A stretch of 64,000 nucleotides of DNA, taken from NCBI GenBank assembly GCA_027306885.1, contig DAHUYV010000012.1, positions 10,565 to 74,564 on the forward strand. Reading direction: 5' to 3'. The notes below the pieces were generated by a model. The model saw nothing but the letters and a program-made list of their open reading frames with translations, searched no databases and was not told the DNA's origin. Made by a program: the position numbers and the translations under genes. This DNA comes from Candidatus Dormiibacterota bacterium. Its GTDB lineage: Bacteria > Chloroflexota > Dormibacteria > Aeolococcales > Bog-877. Below are positions 10,518 through 18,983 of the stretch, in pieces. Positions within the stretch are counted from its first letter, which is position 1. Each line of letters begins with the position of its first letter.

Positions 10518-10665
10518 GCCAGCCCACCTCCGTCACCGGGTGCGCGGGTACAGCCCCAGAGCTCGCCAACCCGGGTCCCAGCATACCAGAACGGCGCACC
10601 CGGTTCTCGCTGGCGGATGCCCTATCTAGTGGTGCTCCGGGCTCCACACCCCTTCATCTAGTGGA

Positions 10666-11319
10666 TCAGCTCGACGCCATCTGCGCCCGGATCACGATCC
10701 GCTGAGTGTCGATCCAGAGCGGCGTGCAGGTGACCAGGGTCAGGTAGCGGCCCCCGCTCAGCTGGCCCAGCTGGGTCACCTTGCTGGGGTTCTCGACCCA
10801 CACCTGGGTGACGGTGTAGGTGAATTTCGTGCAGCTCCGGTCGGTGACGATGATGGGATCGCCGACCTTGAGGCTGCCCAGCGGCTCGAAGTTGGGCTCC
10901 CGATGAAGCGCCACCAGCATGTTGCCGACGGCCCCGGGTGCCGGCGAGGCGGAGTAGTGGACCACCGAGCGCTGATTGAGGAGCGCCCAGGTGCCGTTGC
11001 CCGCGACCCCCTCAATGCCCGGGAGAGTGGGAAACGCGATCAGCATGTACTCGCTGCTGGGCGATCCCGACCCGCAGTCCGGGGCCGCGCTCGGGGACGC
11101 GGCCCCGGCCGGTGTCACACCCTGCGAGGGCAGCACCTTGGTTATCGCCCCCTGGTTCCCCAGCCACTTCTGGAGCAGCTGATGGTCCTGGTTGCCGCGC
11201 TGCCATACCCCGAGCAGGGACGGGACCAGCACGCCGATCCCGGCCAGCACCAGGATCACGCCACCGGCCATCAGCAGGCCAGACAGCCGACCGCGGCCCC
11301 CCCTGCCTGCAATCCTCAC
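10666..11319 (-). CDS. Class E sortase (transpeptidase)
   Basis: N-terminal TM anchor, catalytic His region (LVALHREP) and the TLVTCTP (TLxTC) active-site cysteine motif. Confidence 0.75.
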   Translation of the reverse strand: MRIAGRGGRGRLSGLLMAGGVILVLAGIGVLVPSLLGVWQRGNQDHQLLQKWLGNQGAITKVLPSQGVTPAGAASPSAAPDCGSGSPSSEYMLIAFPTLPGIEGVAGNGTWALLNQRSVVHYSASPAPGAVGNMLVALHREPNFEPLGSLKVGDPIIVTDRSCTKFTYTVTQVWVENPSKVTQLGQLSGGRYLTLVTCTPLWIDTQRIVIRAQMASS

Positions 11320-11461
11320 CTTTCACTCCTCTACCGACCCCGGGACATCGTACCCGAGTCCATTGAGTCCGCCCCGCCGTCACAGCGGTGGCGCAGCTTG
11401 TTACCCACCCGTTGTCGTTCGAGGACGGGCCGTTCAGCGACCCCCGGGACACAATCGCCGG

Positions 11462-12271
11462 GTGATCGAGGCATTGGCAGCCGCCCCCACCGGCGACTGG
11501 AGCGCGCCGTCCCCAGCGCCGGGGCTGAGCTCGCCCACCGCCAGGCTCCTGGTGATCGACGACGACCCGGCGATGCTCCAGCTCGTCCAGGTGATCGCTG
11601 CCGAGAACGGCTATGAGGTGGCCACCGCCGTCAGCGGGACCGCCGGCCTGCGCCTGGCGGGCGAGGCTGAGCCTGACCTCATCCTGCTCGATCTGGTCCT
11701 CCCCGACATCAACGGCGTGGAGGTCTGTCGACGACTCCGGTCCGCCGGGGTGCGCTCCACGGTGATGATGATCTCCTGCCTGCACGAGTCCGAGGACGTC
11801 GTCGTGGGACTGGAGGTGGGTGCGGACGACTACCTGCGCAAGCCGTTCGAGGTCCGCGAGTTGGTCGCCCGGATCAACGCCCGACTGCGCCGAGCCCGCT
11901 TGCTACGGGCCGCGACGGCGCCGGAGCGCCTGCAGTTTCCCGGCCTATCCATCGACCTGGGACGTCACGAGGTGCGCCGCGACGAGCGTCAGGTCTCGCT
12001 CACCCCGACCGAGTTCGGGATTCTCACCACCCTCGCCCAGAACGCCGGACGCGTCGTGTCGCGTCCGCAGCTCATCTCCGAGGTGTGGCGGCGACGCGAC
12101 CCCTATCAGGTGCGCTCCCTGGATGCCCACCTGTACCGTCTGCGCCGCAAGATCCAACCGCGCGAGGACGGTCCTCGCTACATCCACGTAGTGATCGGCG
12201 CCGGCTACCGATTCGAGTATCAGCCCGAGCGGCAGGCCCCGCGTCTGCCCCAGCGCCGCCTCGCCGGCTGA
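11462..12271 (+). CDS. OmpR-family response regulator (receiver + winged helix)
   Basis: LLVIDDDPAMLQLV...DLILLDLVLPDINGVEV receiver domain and C-terminal trans_reg_C (RQVSLTPTEFGILTTLA...GYRFE); start placed at the GTG at 11462 because the upstream part of the track ORF overlaps the divergent sortase gene. Confidence 0.75.
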   Translation: MIEALAAAPTGDWSAPSPAPGLSSPTARLLVIDDDPAMLQLVQVIAAENGYEVATAVSGTAGLRLAGEAEPDLILLDLVLPDINGVEVCRRLRSAGVRSTVMMISCLHESEDVVVGLEVGADDYLRKPFEVRELVARINARLRRARLLRAATAPERLQFPGLSIDLGRHEVRRDERQVSLTPTEFGILTTLAQNAGRVVSRPQLISEVWRRRDPYQVRSLDAHLYRLRRKIQPREDGPRYIHVVIGAGYRFEYQPERQAPRLPQRRLAG

Positions 12272-12299
12272 ACGCGGCCCCGCACCGCCACCGCTCAGC

Positions 12300-13616
12300 T
12301 CAGGGGTAAATGCCCCGGGCGCTCGAGGCGCGCGCCACTCGACTGATGGCGAGGGCGTAGGCCGCGGCCCGCAGGGAGATGTGGTGGTGCGCTGAGTAGG
12401 CCCAGACCCGATCGCTGGCGCGCAGCATGGCCCGCTCCAACTGCGCGGAAATCTCCGCCTCGTCCCAGAAGAACGCCTGCAGGTCCTGCACCCACTCGAA
12501 ATACGAGACGGTGACCCCACCGCCGTTGGCCAGGATGTCGGGCACCACCACGATGCCATCCTCGGCCAGCACCGCCTCCGCGGCCGGGGTGACCGGCCCG
12601 TTGGCGCCCTCGGCCACGATTCGCGCCTGCACGTGAGCCGCGTTGTCGGCGTTGATCACGCTCTCGACGGAGGCCGGCACCAGGACTGTCACCGGCAGCG
12701 CCAGCAACTCGTCGCGGGTCACCGGCTCACCGGGGACGCCGCCGGAGCCGATGTGTCCGCCCGCCGCTTTGACCCGCTCCAAGGCATCGATGTCCAGCCC
12801 GTCGCCGTTGTACCAACCGCCGGTGTGATCAGAGACGGCGATCACCCGGCAGCCCGCCTGCGCCAAAAGCCGTGCGCAGGTCGCTCCGACCGAACCGAAT
12901 CCCTCGACCGCGACGCTGGCTCCCTCCAGGGCCAGACCGGTGTTGCGCATGGTGTGCATCAGCACCGTGGCCAGGCCGCGACCCGGGGCCTCCACCCGCC
13001 CCACGGACCCTCCCGCCTCCACCGGCTTTCCCGTAACCGACGCCGTCACCGAGAAGCCGGCGTGCATGGAGAGGGTGTCCATCATCCAGGCCATGACCTG
13101 GGGCGTCGTGCCGATGTCGGGCGCCGGGATGTCCCGCTCCGGACCCAGCAGCAACGCGATCTCGGTGGTGAAGCGCCGGGTAAGGCGCTCCAGCTCACGG
13201 GAGCTGAGCTGCTCGGGGGCCACCCGCACGGCTCCCGCCGCACCGCCGAAGGGCAAAGACATCACCGCCGTCTTCCAGCTCATCAGCATGGCTTGGGCCT
13301 TGGTCGCCTCCAAGCTGGCGTGCGGCTCGTAGCGGATGCCGCCCTTGGCCGGCCCGCGGGCCAGATTGTGATGCACTCGAAAGCCGGTGTAAAGCTCGAC
13401 GCTGAGATCGTCGCGCACCACCGGGAAGTGCACCTGGAAGACCCGCTTCACCTCGCGCAGGACGGCGTGCAGATCTTCGTCGAGGTTGAGAAAGCGAGCT
13501 GCCTCGTCGACCCGGTGCTGCCCGGTCGCATACAGGTCCTCGGCCGGACGCTGCGCGGCGTTGACGCTCACCAGGGGAGTATAGACAGCGCGACGGCCCC
13601 TGGGAGAAGCGTGCAC
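12300..13616 (-). CDS. gdh: Glu/Leu/Phe/Val dehydrogenase (glutamate dehydrogenase)
   Basis: GPAKGGIRYEP substrate-binding motif and Rossmann GFGSVGA NAD(P) motif. Confidence 0.85.
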   Translation of the reverse strand: MHASPRGRRAVYTPLVSVNAAQRPAEDLYATGQHRVDEAARFLNLDEDLHAVLREVKRVFQVHFPVVRDDLSVELYTGFRVHHNLARGPAKGGIRYEPHASLEATKAQAMLMSWKTAVMSLPFGGAAGAVRVAPEQLSSRELERLTRRFTTEIALLLGPERDIPAPDIGTTPQVMAWMMDTLSMHAGFSVTASVTGKPVEAGGSVGRVEAPGRGLATVLMHTMRNTGLALEGASVAVEGFGSVGATCARLLAQAGCRVIAVSDHTGGWYNGDGLDIDALERVKAAGGHIGSGGVPGEPVTRDELLALPVTVLVPASVESVINADNAAHVQARIVAEGANGPVTPAAEAVLAEDGIVVVPDILANGGGVTVSYFEWVQDLQAFFWDEAEISAQLERAMLRASDRVWAYSAHHHISLRAAAYALAISRVARASSARGIYP

Positions 13617-13855
13617 GGTGCTCCGGAGAGGATCGGCTCTGCTGCCGGCTCAGCCCACGCATTGGACCACGCGCAGAACGGTCCGCGCACACGGATCTGC
13701 GTGAGTGTGCAACAATCGGCCTGCGACCTGCACCCCAGCGCCCCACCACAACCACCTCCGTCATCAACACGGCGGTTGGAAAACCACTGCATCACTGCAG
13801 AGATCTGCAGCGCGGCGATCCAAGTCGTCGTGATTAATCCAGAGGGAGGCAAGTA

Positions 13856-14581
13856 ATGCCCCGGACCCCCAAGAAGCCCGCGAGTCGGCGCGCCGCAACG
13901 CGCACCGGAACTCGCACCACTTCGCGCACCCCGCGAAGGACCAGTGCGCACGCCACCACGCCGCGCCGAGCTGGCGCGGTGCGCCGCACCACCCGGACCC
14001 CAGTCGCGAGCATGACCCCCGCCGCGCTCAACCGCGCGCTCACCACCCAGCTCAAGGTGTTGGAGCGGCGGCTGGCGGACATCGAGCGCAAGCTTGACGC
14101 CGCCATCACTCGCGAGCGCGCCACCACCCGCCCGGTGAGCGCCGCACGCGGCACCCGGACGCGGGCCGTCGGGGCGCGCGCCACCACCCGCCGCACCACC
14201 ACCGGGCGCGCTGCCGCCCCGCGGACCACGCGGCGGAGTACCACCACCAGAGGTGCGGGCCGGAGCGCCGCTCCCACCGCCACCCGCCGCGTCGCCGCGG
14301 GCCGGACTCCCCGCGCGGCCGCCGGAACCGGCCGCAGCGCAGCGGCGAGCCCGCGACGCACCACCGCGCGCACCGCTGCCCCGCGCACCACAACCCCGCG
14401 TGCGTCGCGCACCACAACCCCACGTACGCCGCGCACCACAGCCCGCACCCCGAGGGTGGCGGCCAGCCCCCGAACCGCGCCGCGCCGCGCCGCGAGCGCT
14501 GCGGCTCCGCCCGTCAAGAAGCCGGCCCGGCGGAAGGGACGCATCACCCTCGCCGGCGGATCCGCCCCCTCGGCCTCCTAG
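13856..14581 (+). CDS. Extremely basic Arg/Thr/Pro-repeat low-complexity protein with central coiled coil (histone/Hlp-like candidate)
   Basis: Strong SD (GGGAGG) 7 nt upstream of the ATG; 239-nt upstream intergenic region; repeated RTTTPR/TPRTT motifs; coiled-coil LKVLERRLADIERKLDAAI; followed by a perfect hairpin terminator; antisense ORF 13834..14547 is a mirror artifact. Confidence 0.5.
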   Translation: MPRTPKKPASRRAATRTGTRTTSRTPRRTSAHATTPRRAGAVRRTTRTPVASMTPAALNRALTTQLKVLERRLADIERKLDAAITRERATTRPVSAARGTRTRAVGARATTRRTTTGRAAAPRTTRRSTTTRGAGRSAAPTATRRVAAGRTPRAAAGTGRSAAASPRRTTARTAAPRTTTPRASRTTTPRTPRTTARTPRVAASPRTAPRRAASAAAPPVKKPARRKGRITLAGGSAPSAS

Positions 14582-14600
14582 GCCGGAGCTCTGATCCGCT

Positions 14601-14635
14601 GAGTGGGGGGCCGGGTAGGGCCCGGCCCCCCACTC
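14601..14635. terminator. Bidirectional intrinsic-terminator-like hairpin between convergent genes
   Basis: GAGTGGGGGGCCGGG / CCCGGCCCCCCACTC perfect 15-bp inverted repeat with a 5-nt loop, between the basic-protein gene (+) and ltaE (-). Confidence 0.5.
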
Positions 14636-14651
14636 GCTGTGAGCTGACCGG

Positions 14652-15677
14652 TCAGGCCGCCGCGGCTCGCTGGATCAGCCCCGCCGCCCGACCCACGTCG
14701 GCCTGGGTGACGTCAAGGTGGGTCACGCAGCGCACCGTGTGGGGGCCGAAGGCCGTCAGCAGGACCCCCAGCTCCTCGGCGCGGTCGATCACCTCCTGGG
14801 CCGGTCGCGCGGTCTGGAGCAGGACGATGTTGGTCTGCACCGTCTCGCGATCCACCTTGATTCCGTCCACCCCAGCCAGCTCCTTCGCCAGCCAGGCCGC
14901 CTTGGCGTGGTCCTCGGCGAGTCGGGGAAGCTGGTGGTCCAGCGCCCAGAGGCCGGCCGCCGCCAGGATCCCCACCTGGCGCATGCCGCCGCCGAGGCGC
15001 TTGCGCCAGATGTGGGCCCTGGTCCGCGCGTCGCGGCTCCCCACCCACAGCGAGCCGGCCGGGCAGCCCAGTCCCTTCGACAGGGAGAAGTTGACGCTGT
15101 CGACCCCCGCCGTCAGGGCGCAGAGGGGGACTCCCAGGTGGGCCGCAGCGTTGCCCAGGCGAGCACCGTCCAGGTGGACGGAGAGCCCCATTTCATGAGC
15201 GGCCTGCGACGCCTCCTGGAGGCGCGCCAGAGGGGCGACGGTTCCACCGCGGCGGTTGTGGGTCTGTTCCAGGCAGAGCAGGGCGGTGCGGGGCTCATGG
15301 CCGGGGTCAGCCAGTCGGCGAAGCGACTCCAGCTGCGCCGCCGTGGGGCAGCCGGCCAGGGGCGCGTCGAAGTTGCGCATCTGCACCCCGCCCACCACCG
15401 CGGCTCCGCCGAGCTCGTAGTGGAGGACGTGAGCCTCCGCGTCCACCAGCACCTCCTCCCCCGGAGAGGTGGCGGTCAGGATCGCCACCAGGTTGGACAT
15501 GGTGCCACTGGGGCAGAAGAGCGCTGACTCCTTGCCCAGGAGCTCAGCCACCCGCTCCTCCAGCCGGTTGACCGTGGGATCCTCGGCGAAGACATCGTCG
15601 CCCACCTCGGCCGCGCCCATCGCGGCGCGCATCTCCGGGGTGGGCCGGGTCACCGTGTCGCTGCGCAAATCGATCAT
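14652..15677 (-). CDS. ltaE: Low-specificity L-threonine aldolase (PLP-dependent)
   Basis: [14 protein letters not shown]-terminus and PLP-lysine region ([13 protein letters not shown]). Confidence 0.85.
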   Translation of the reverse strand: MIDLRSDTVTRPTPEMRAAMGAAEVGDDVFAEDPTVNRLEERVAELLGKESALFCPSGTMSNLVAILTATSPGEEVLVDAEAHVLHYELGGAAVVGGVQMRNFDAPLAGCPTAAQLESLRRLADPGHEPRTALLCLEQTHNRRGGTVAPLARLQEASQAAHEMGLSVHLDGARLGNAAAHLGVPLCALTAGVDSVNFSLSKGLGCPAGSLWVGSRDARTRAHIWRKRLGGGMRQVGILAAAGLWALDHQLPRLAEDHAKAAWLAKELAGVDGIKVDRETVQTNIVLLQTARPAQEVIDRAEELGVLLTAFGPHTVRCVTHLDVTQADVGRAAGLIQRAAAA

Positions 15678-15707
15678 GCGCCCATGCTACCGGGCGGACC
15701 GGAAGGG

Positions 15708-17828
15708 TCAGCTGCGGGCGGAGGGCTCCGGCGCGCCGACATCGAGGAACTCGACCCGGTCGCGGCCGCCGCGCTTGGCGGCATAGAGCGCCCGGTCCGC
15801 CAGGTCGAGCAGGTTGCGGGCGCCGCGGGAGCCCTCGGGAAAGGTCACACCGCCGACGCTGACGGTCACCTGGAGGTGGTCGCCGTCCGGCAGCTGGACG
15901 ATGTGCTGGGCGGCGGCGGCGCGGATCTTCTCGGCCACCAGCTGCGCGTCGTCGCGCCCGGTGTTGGCCATCACCACCACGAATTCCTCGCCGCCGTACC
16001 GGGCCGCGAGGTCGGACTTGCGGATGGTCTCGATCAGCAGCGAGGCGAAGGCGCGCAGCACCTGGTCCCCCGCCTGGTGACCGTGGGTGTCGTTCACCCG
16101 CTTGAAATGGTCGAGGTCCAGCATCAGGACCGAGAGCGAGGAGCCCGCCCGATCCGCCACATTCACCTGCTGGTCCAGGTAGCCGATGAGGAATCGGTAG
16201 TTGTAGAGCCCGGTCATCGCGTCCGTCGTGGCCTCCCGCTGGGTGGCCGCCAGCCGCGCGCTCTTCTCCACCGCCACCACCACCTGGCTGGCCACCCCCT
16301 CGCACAGCGCGCTGTCCTCCTCCAGGTAGGGGCGGTGCTTGTTGGCGAGGATCAGGATTCCGAGGTCGCGCCCCTCCGAGCGCAGGGGCTCGGCGAGGCA
16401 GTCTCTGATTTCGAGCCGGCGCTCCAGGGCACCGCGCTCCGAGGGCGCCAAGAGGGAGCGGGCCACGAACCGCGGCTCGCGGAGCAACCGCGAGACCAGC
16501 CCGTCGCCGGCCTCCAGCTCCGACCACTCCAGTGGGGGTCCGGGAATCTCGGTGGTGATGAGGTACCCGGGGCCGGTCGCCGCCTGCGGCCGCACCAGGA
16601 TCATCGCCATCTGCACCTCCAGGAGGTCGCGAAGGCTGTTCAGCACCTGCCCCAGGGCCTGCTCCAGCGGAACCTTGCTGCCGATGGTGGCGGAGATCAC
16701 GCTGCGCCCGGTCGCCATCAGCAGCTGCCGGTGCAGCTGTCGCCGCATCAGCTCGAAGTTCGCCGACAGGCGCGTCACCTCCTCGGCCCCGGTGATGTCG
16801 ATCGGGGTGGAGTAGCCGTCCTGTCCCAGGCTCTGGACCGCCTGATTCAGCCGTCTCAGCGGGCGGTTGAGATAGTGCTCGGCGAGCAGGAACACCAGCA
16901 GCATCCCCACCAGCAGGATGGCGGCGACGGCCAGGGCCAGGGGAGCCGCCAGCTCGCCTGCGGTCGGCCCGATGGGCGCCGTGGGCTGGACCGCCACCAG
17001 CTCGGCCACCGTCTCCCCGCTGGCCGAGACGAGGGGAACGCCAGCGGCGGCGTACCGGTCGCCCCTGAGGGTGAGCAGCCCACGCTGCCCGGACCCGGCG
17101 AGCACGGCGGCAAGGGCCTCCGGCAGGCGGGACCCAATCGGTTGCCGGCGCCCCGCCACCAGCGCCGGCAGGAGCACCACCCCGTGCGACTCCAGGATCA
17201 GCTGGGCAGAGGGCTCAGCCGCTCCCACCAGCCGGCGGGCGAACTCCAGGGACGAGGTGGTCACCGGGCTCAGCACCACGATCGTCCCCAGCCTCCGGGA
17301 GCCGCTGGAGACGGGAGCCGCGCCGATGCCGAGGACCTCCGACCCCGCCGGCCGCCAGAAGGCTCCGGGGACGCTCGCGGACCCGCACCTGGCCTCTGGG
17401 ACCGCCGCCGGCAGGGAGGCCAGCTGGGCGGCGCTCAGCGCCGTTGGCGCCTGGGCCAGCACCGCCCCCGAGACGGACAGGATCAGCACCCGGTCGCCGG
17501 GCGCAGCGGTGGCGTAGGTGCGCACGAGGGTGGCAAGGTCTGACGTGGGAGCCGCCAGCGCCTGCTCGCTGGAGGTGAGACGGGCGAGCTGGCAGGCGTA
17601 CCCGGCGCTGGAGCCGAAGGTGTCGAGCTCCAGCAGGCGGGTGGCCAGGTGGGCGGTCCCCGCCCCGTCCGCGACCAGCTGGCGTGAGCTGGCGCTGCCG
17701 GTCTCATACCACGCCACCGCCCCGGCCGCCAGCGCCGTCGCCAGGCCCACCCCGAGGAGGATCAGGGCGAAGCGGGCGGTGAACGAGGCGCTCCGCGGGC
17801 GGCGCTTGCCCCTGGAATGGTTGGCCAA
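15708..17828 (-). CDS. Membrane sensor diguanylate cyclase (TM - periplasmic sensor - TM - HAMP - GAF - GGDEF)
   Basis: C-terminal GGDEF domain with active GGEEF and an RKSD I-site 5 residues upstream; GAF-like region; two TM helices flanking a ~300-aa extracytoplasmic region; start uncertain (TTG at 17828 chosen; the track ORF extends to 18203). Confidence 0.75.
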   Translation of the reverse strand: MANHSRGKRRPRSASFTARFALILLGVGLATALAAGAVAWYETGSASSRQLVADGAGTAHLATRLLELDTFGSSAGYACQLARLTSSEQALAAPTSDLATLVRTYATAAPGDRVLILSVSGAVLAQAPTALSAAQLASLPAAVPEARCGSASVPGAFWRPAGSEVLGIGAAPVSSGSRRLGTIVVLSPVTTSSLEFARRLVGAAEPSAQLILESHGVVLLPALVAGRRQPIGSRLPEALAAVLAGSGQRGLLTLRGDRYAAAGVPLVSASGETVAELVAVQPTAPIGPTAGELAAPLALAVAAILLVGMLLVFLLAEHYLNRPLRRLNQAVQSLGQDGYSTPIDITGAEEVTRLSANFELMRRQLHRQLLMATGRSVISATIGSKVPLEQALGQVLNSLRDLLEVQMAMILVRPQAATGPGYLITTEIPGPPLEWSELEAGDGLVSRLLREPRFVARSLLAPSERGALERRLEIRDCLAEPLRSEGRDLGILILANKHRPYLEEDSALCEGVASQVVVAVEKSARLAATQREATTDAMTGLYNYRFLIGYLDQQVNVADRAGSSLSVLMLDLDHFKRVNDTHGHQAGDQVLRAFASLLIETIRKSDLAARYGGEEFVVVMANTGRDDAQLVAEKIRAAAAQHIVQLPDGDHLQVTVSVGGVTFPEGSRGARNLLDLADRALYAAKRGGRDRVEFLDVGAPEPSARS

Positions 17829-18036
17829 CTTTGCTTTCCAAGATCCCCTGGCGGGCCGGCGACGGAGTCGCGGCCCCCGGTCGCGGCGGGAGGGCCGACT
17901 CCGACTGCCCGCCCCCCTATGATTTCCCACCGTAGCCAGCCATGGATCGGAGCGGGCGCGCTTGGGGTAGCGATGGGGTGACACCGGCCACACTTTCCGA
18001 TGACACGGCCGGAACGGCGTACCCGGGGAGAGCGAC

Positions 18037-18609
18037 GTGCCCGATGTGATCCTGGCGTTTCTGGACGGCGAGCTCATGTATGGCTCGATACCGGCGCTCC
18101 AGATGGACGATCCCTTCTTGGAGGTGGAGCTGCACGGGCTGGACGGCAACAACCGCCAGGCGCTGGTCCCGGCCGTCTCCCTGCGCCAGATCGACCAGGC
18201 CACCGTGCCCCCGGTGCCCGTCGACGTCGACCTGGAGACGTTGCCGCGGGTGGCCCTCCACTTTCAGGATGGCCAGGTCTTCCGGGCCCACGTGATCACC
18301 CCGGCGTCGCTGCAGCGCTACGGCGCCGTCTGGGACGTCATCGAGGCGGGGACCCGCGAGCACCGGACCTTCGCCATCCCCTACACCGCACTCAAGGCCG
18401 CGTTCTACGTGCGGCACTGGGACACCCGCCGCCCCGCGGATCGAATCGCGGGGGACTCGAGGGACCGGGAGCGAACCCGTCTGGCGGAGATCCTGGCCCG
18501 GCGCAGCCGGTCGCCAGTCACCGAGCAGGTCGACCGCCGCTCCGGGCTCCTCGCCCGGCTCGAGGCCGAGGGCGAGTCGCCGCCGGCCGCCGAGAGCCCG
18601 AGGGGGTGA
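18037..18609 (+). CDS. Hypothetical protein with internal tandem duplication (two ~70-aa hxLxFxDGxxhxG modules) and Arg-rich C-terminus
   Basis: GTG start with a GGGGAGAG SD 5 nt upstream; modules VILAFLDGELMYGSI... and VALHFQDGQVFRAHVI...; divergent from the diguanylate cyclase gene. Confidence 0.5.
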   Translation: MPDVILAFLDGELMYGSIPALQMDDPFLEVELHGLDGNNRQALVPAVSLRQIDQATVPPVPVDVDLETLPRVALHFQDGQVFRAHVITPASLQRYGAVWDVIEAGTREHRTFAIPYTALKAAFYVRHWDTRRPADRIAGDSRDRERTRLAEILARRSRSPVTEQVDRRSGLLARLEAEGESPPAAESPRG

Positions 18610-18630
18610 GCCGGCCCGGGGCCGGGCGGG

Positions 18631-18927
18631 CTACTTGAACCGGAAGGTGATCCGCCCTCTCGTCAGGTCGTAGGGGCTCAGCTCCACCTTGACCTTGTCG
18701 CCGATCAGGGTGCGGATGTAGTGCTTGCGCATCTTGCCGGAGATGTAGGCGAGGACCGTCTGGCCGGTCTGGAGCTGCACCTTGAAGACGGCGTTGGGCA
18801 GCGGCTCGACCACCGTGCCCTCGAGCTCGATGGTCTCCTCCTTGCGCTCCTCAACCGGCGTGACCCGAGAGACCCGGGGCCGGCCGGGGCCGCGGCGGGG
18901 GCGAGATCCCATCGAACGTCGTGCCAA
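18631..18927 (-). CDS. infA: Translation initiation factor IF-1 with ~25-aa Arg-rich N-terminal extension
   Basis: S1-like core [21 protein letters not shown]...[37 protein letters not shown]; TTG start with a GGAGGTG SD. Confidence 0.85.
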   Translation of the reverse strand: MARRSMGSRPRRGPGRPRVSRVTPVEERKEETIELEGTVVEPLPNAVFKVQLQTGQTVLAYISGKMRKHYIRTLIGDKVKVELSPYDLTRGRITFRFK

Positions 18928-18952
18928 CTGCCACCTCCATCGTTTCCGGCAG

Positions 18953-18971
18953 AGAAGCTGACCGGGTCAGC
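18953..18971. promoter_or_regulatory. Perfect 19-nt palindrome (hairpin/operator) between the fahA stop and the infA start
   Basis: CAGCTGACCGGGTCAGCTG; lies 13-31 nt downstream of the FAH-family gene stop and in the infA 5' leader. Confidence 0.4.
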
Positions 18972-18983
18972 TGATTGTACTTG

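Noticed and set aside
2594-10661. Long ORFs antisense to, or overlapping, called genes (e.g. 2594..3952-, 3163..4254+, 4208..5986+, 6303..7850+, 7577..9490+, 9198..10661+)
   Set aside because: Their translations are Arg/Gly/Pro/Ala-rich with no motifs. They mirror well-supported genes on the opposite strand and have lower GC3. They are typical stop-codon-poor artifacts of 72% GC DNA.
13795-13810. CTGCAG-AGAT-CTGCAG in the gdh/basic-protein divergent region as an operator palindrome
   Set aside because: It is two hexameric self-palindromes and not a single extended inverted repeat. I cannot argue significance without comparative data, so I mention it only as weak.
13834-14547. 237-aa minus-strand ORF antisense to the basic-protein gene
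   Set aside because: It is a mirror image of a repetitive GC-rich gene, with no SD. The plus-strand ORF has SD, intergenic and terminator context.
15684-17543. 619-aa plus-strand ORF antisense to the diguanylate cyclase, plus similar shadows (38026..39657+, 58354..60537-, 53170..54171-)
   Set aside because: Same reasoning. The opposite-strand genes carry clear GGDEF, MurF, CaCA and CCA motifs. The shadow ORFs are low-complexity.
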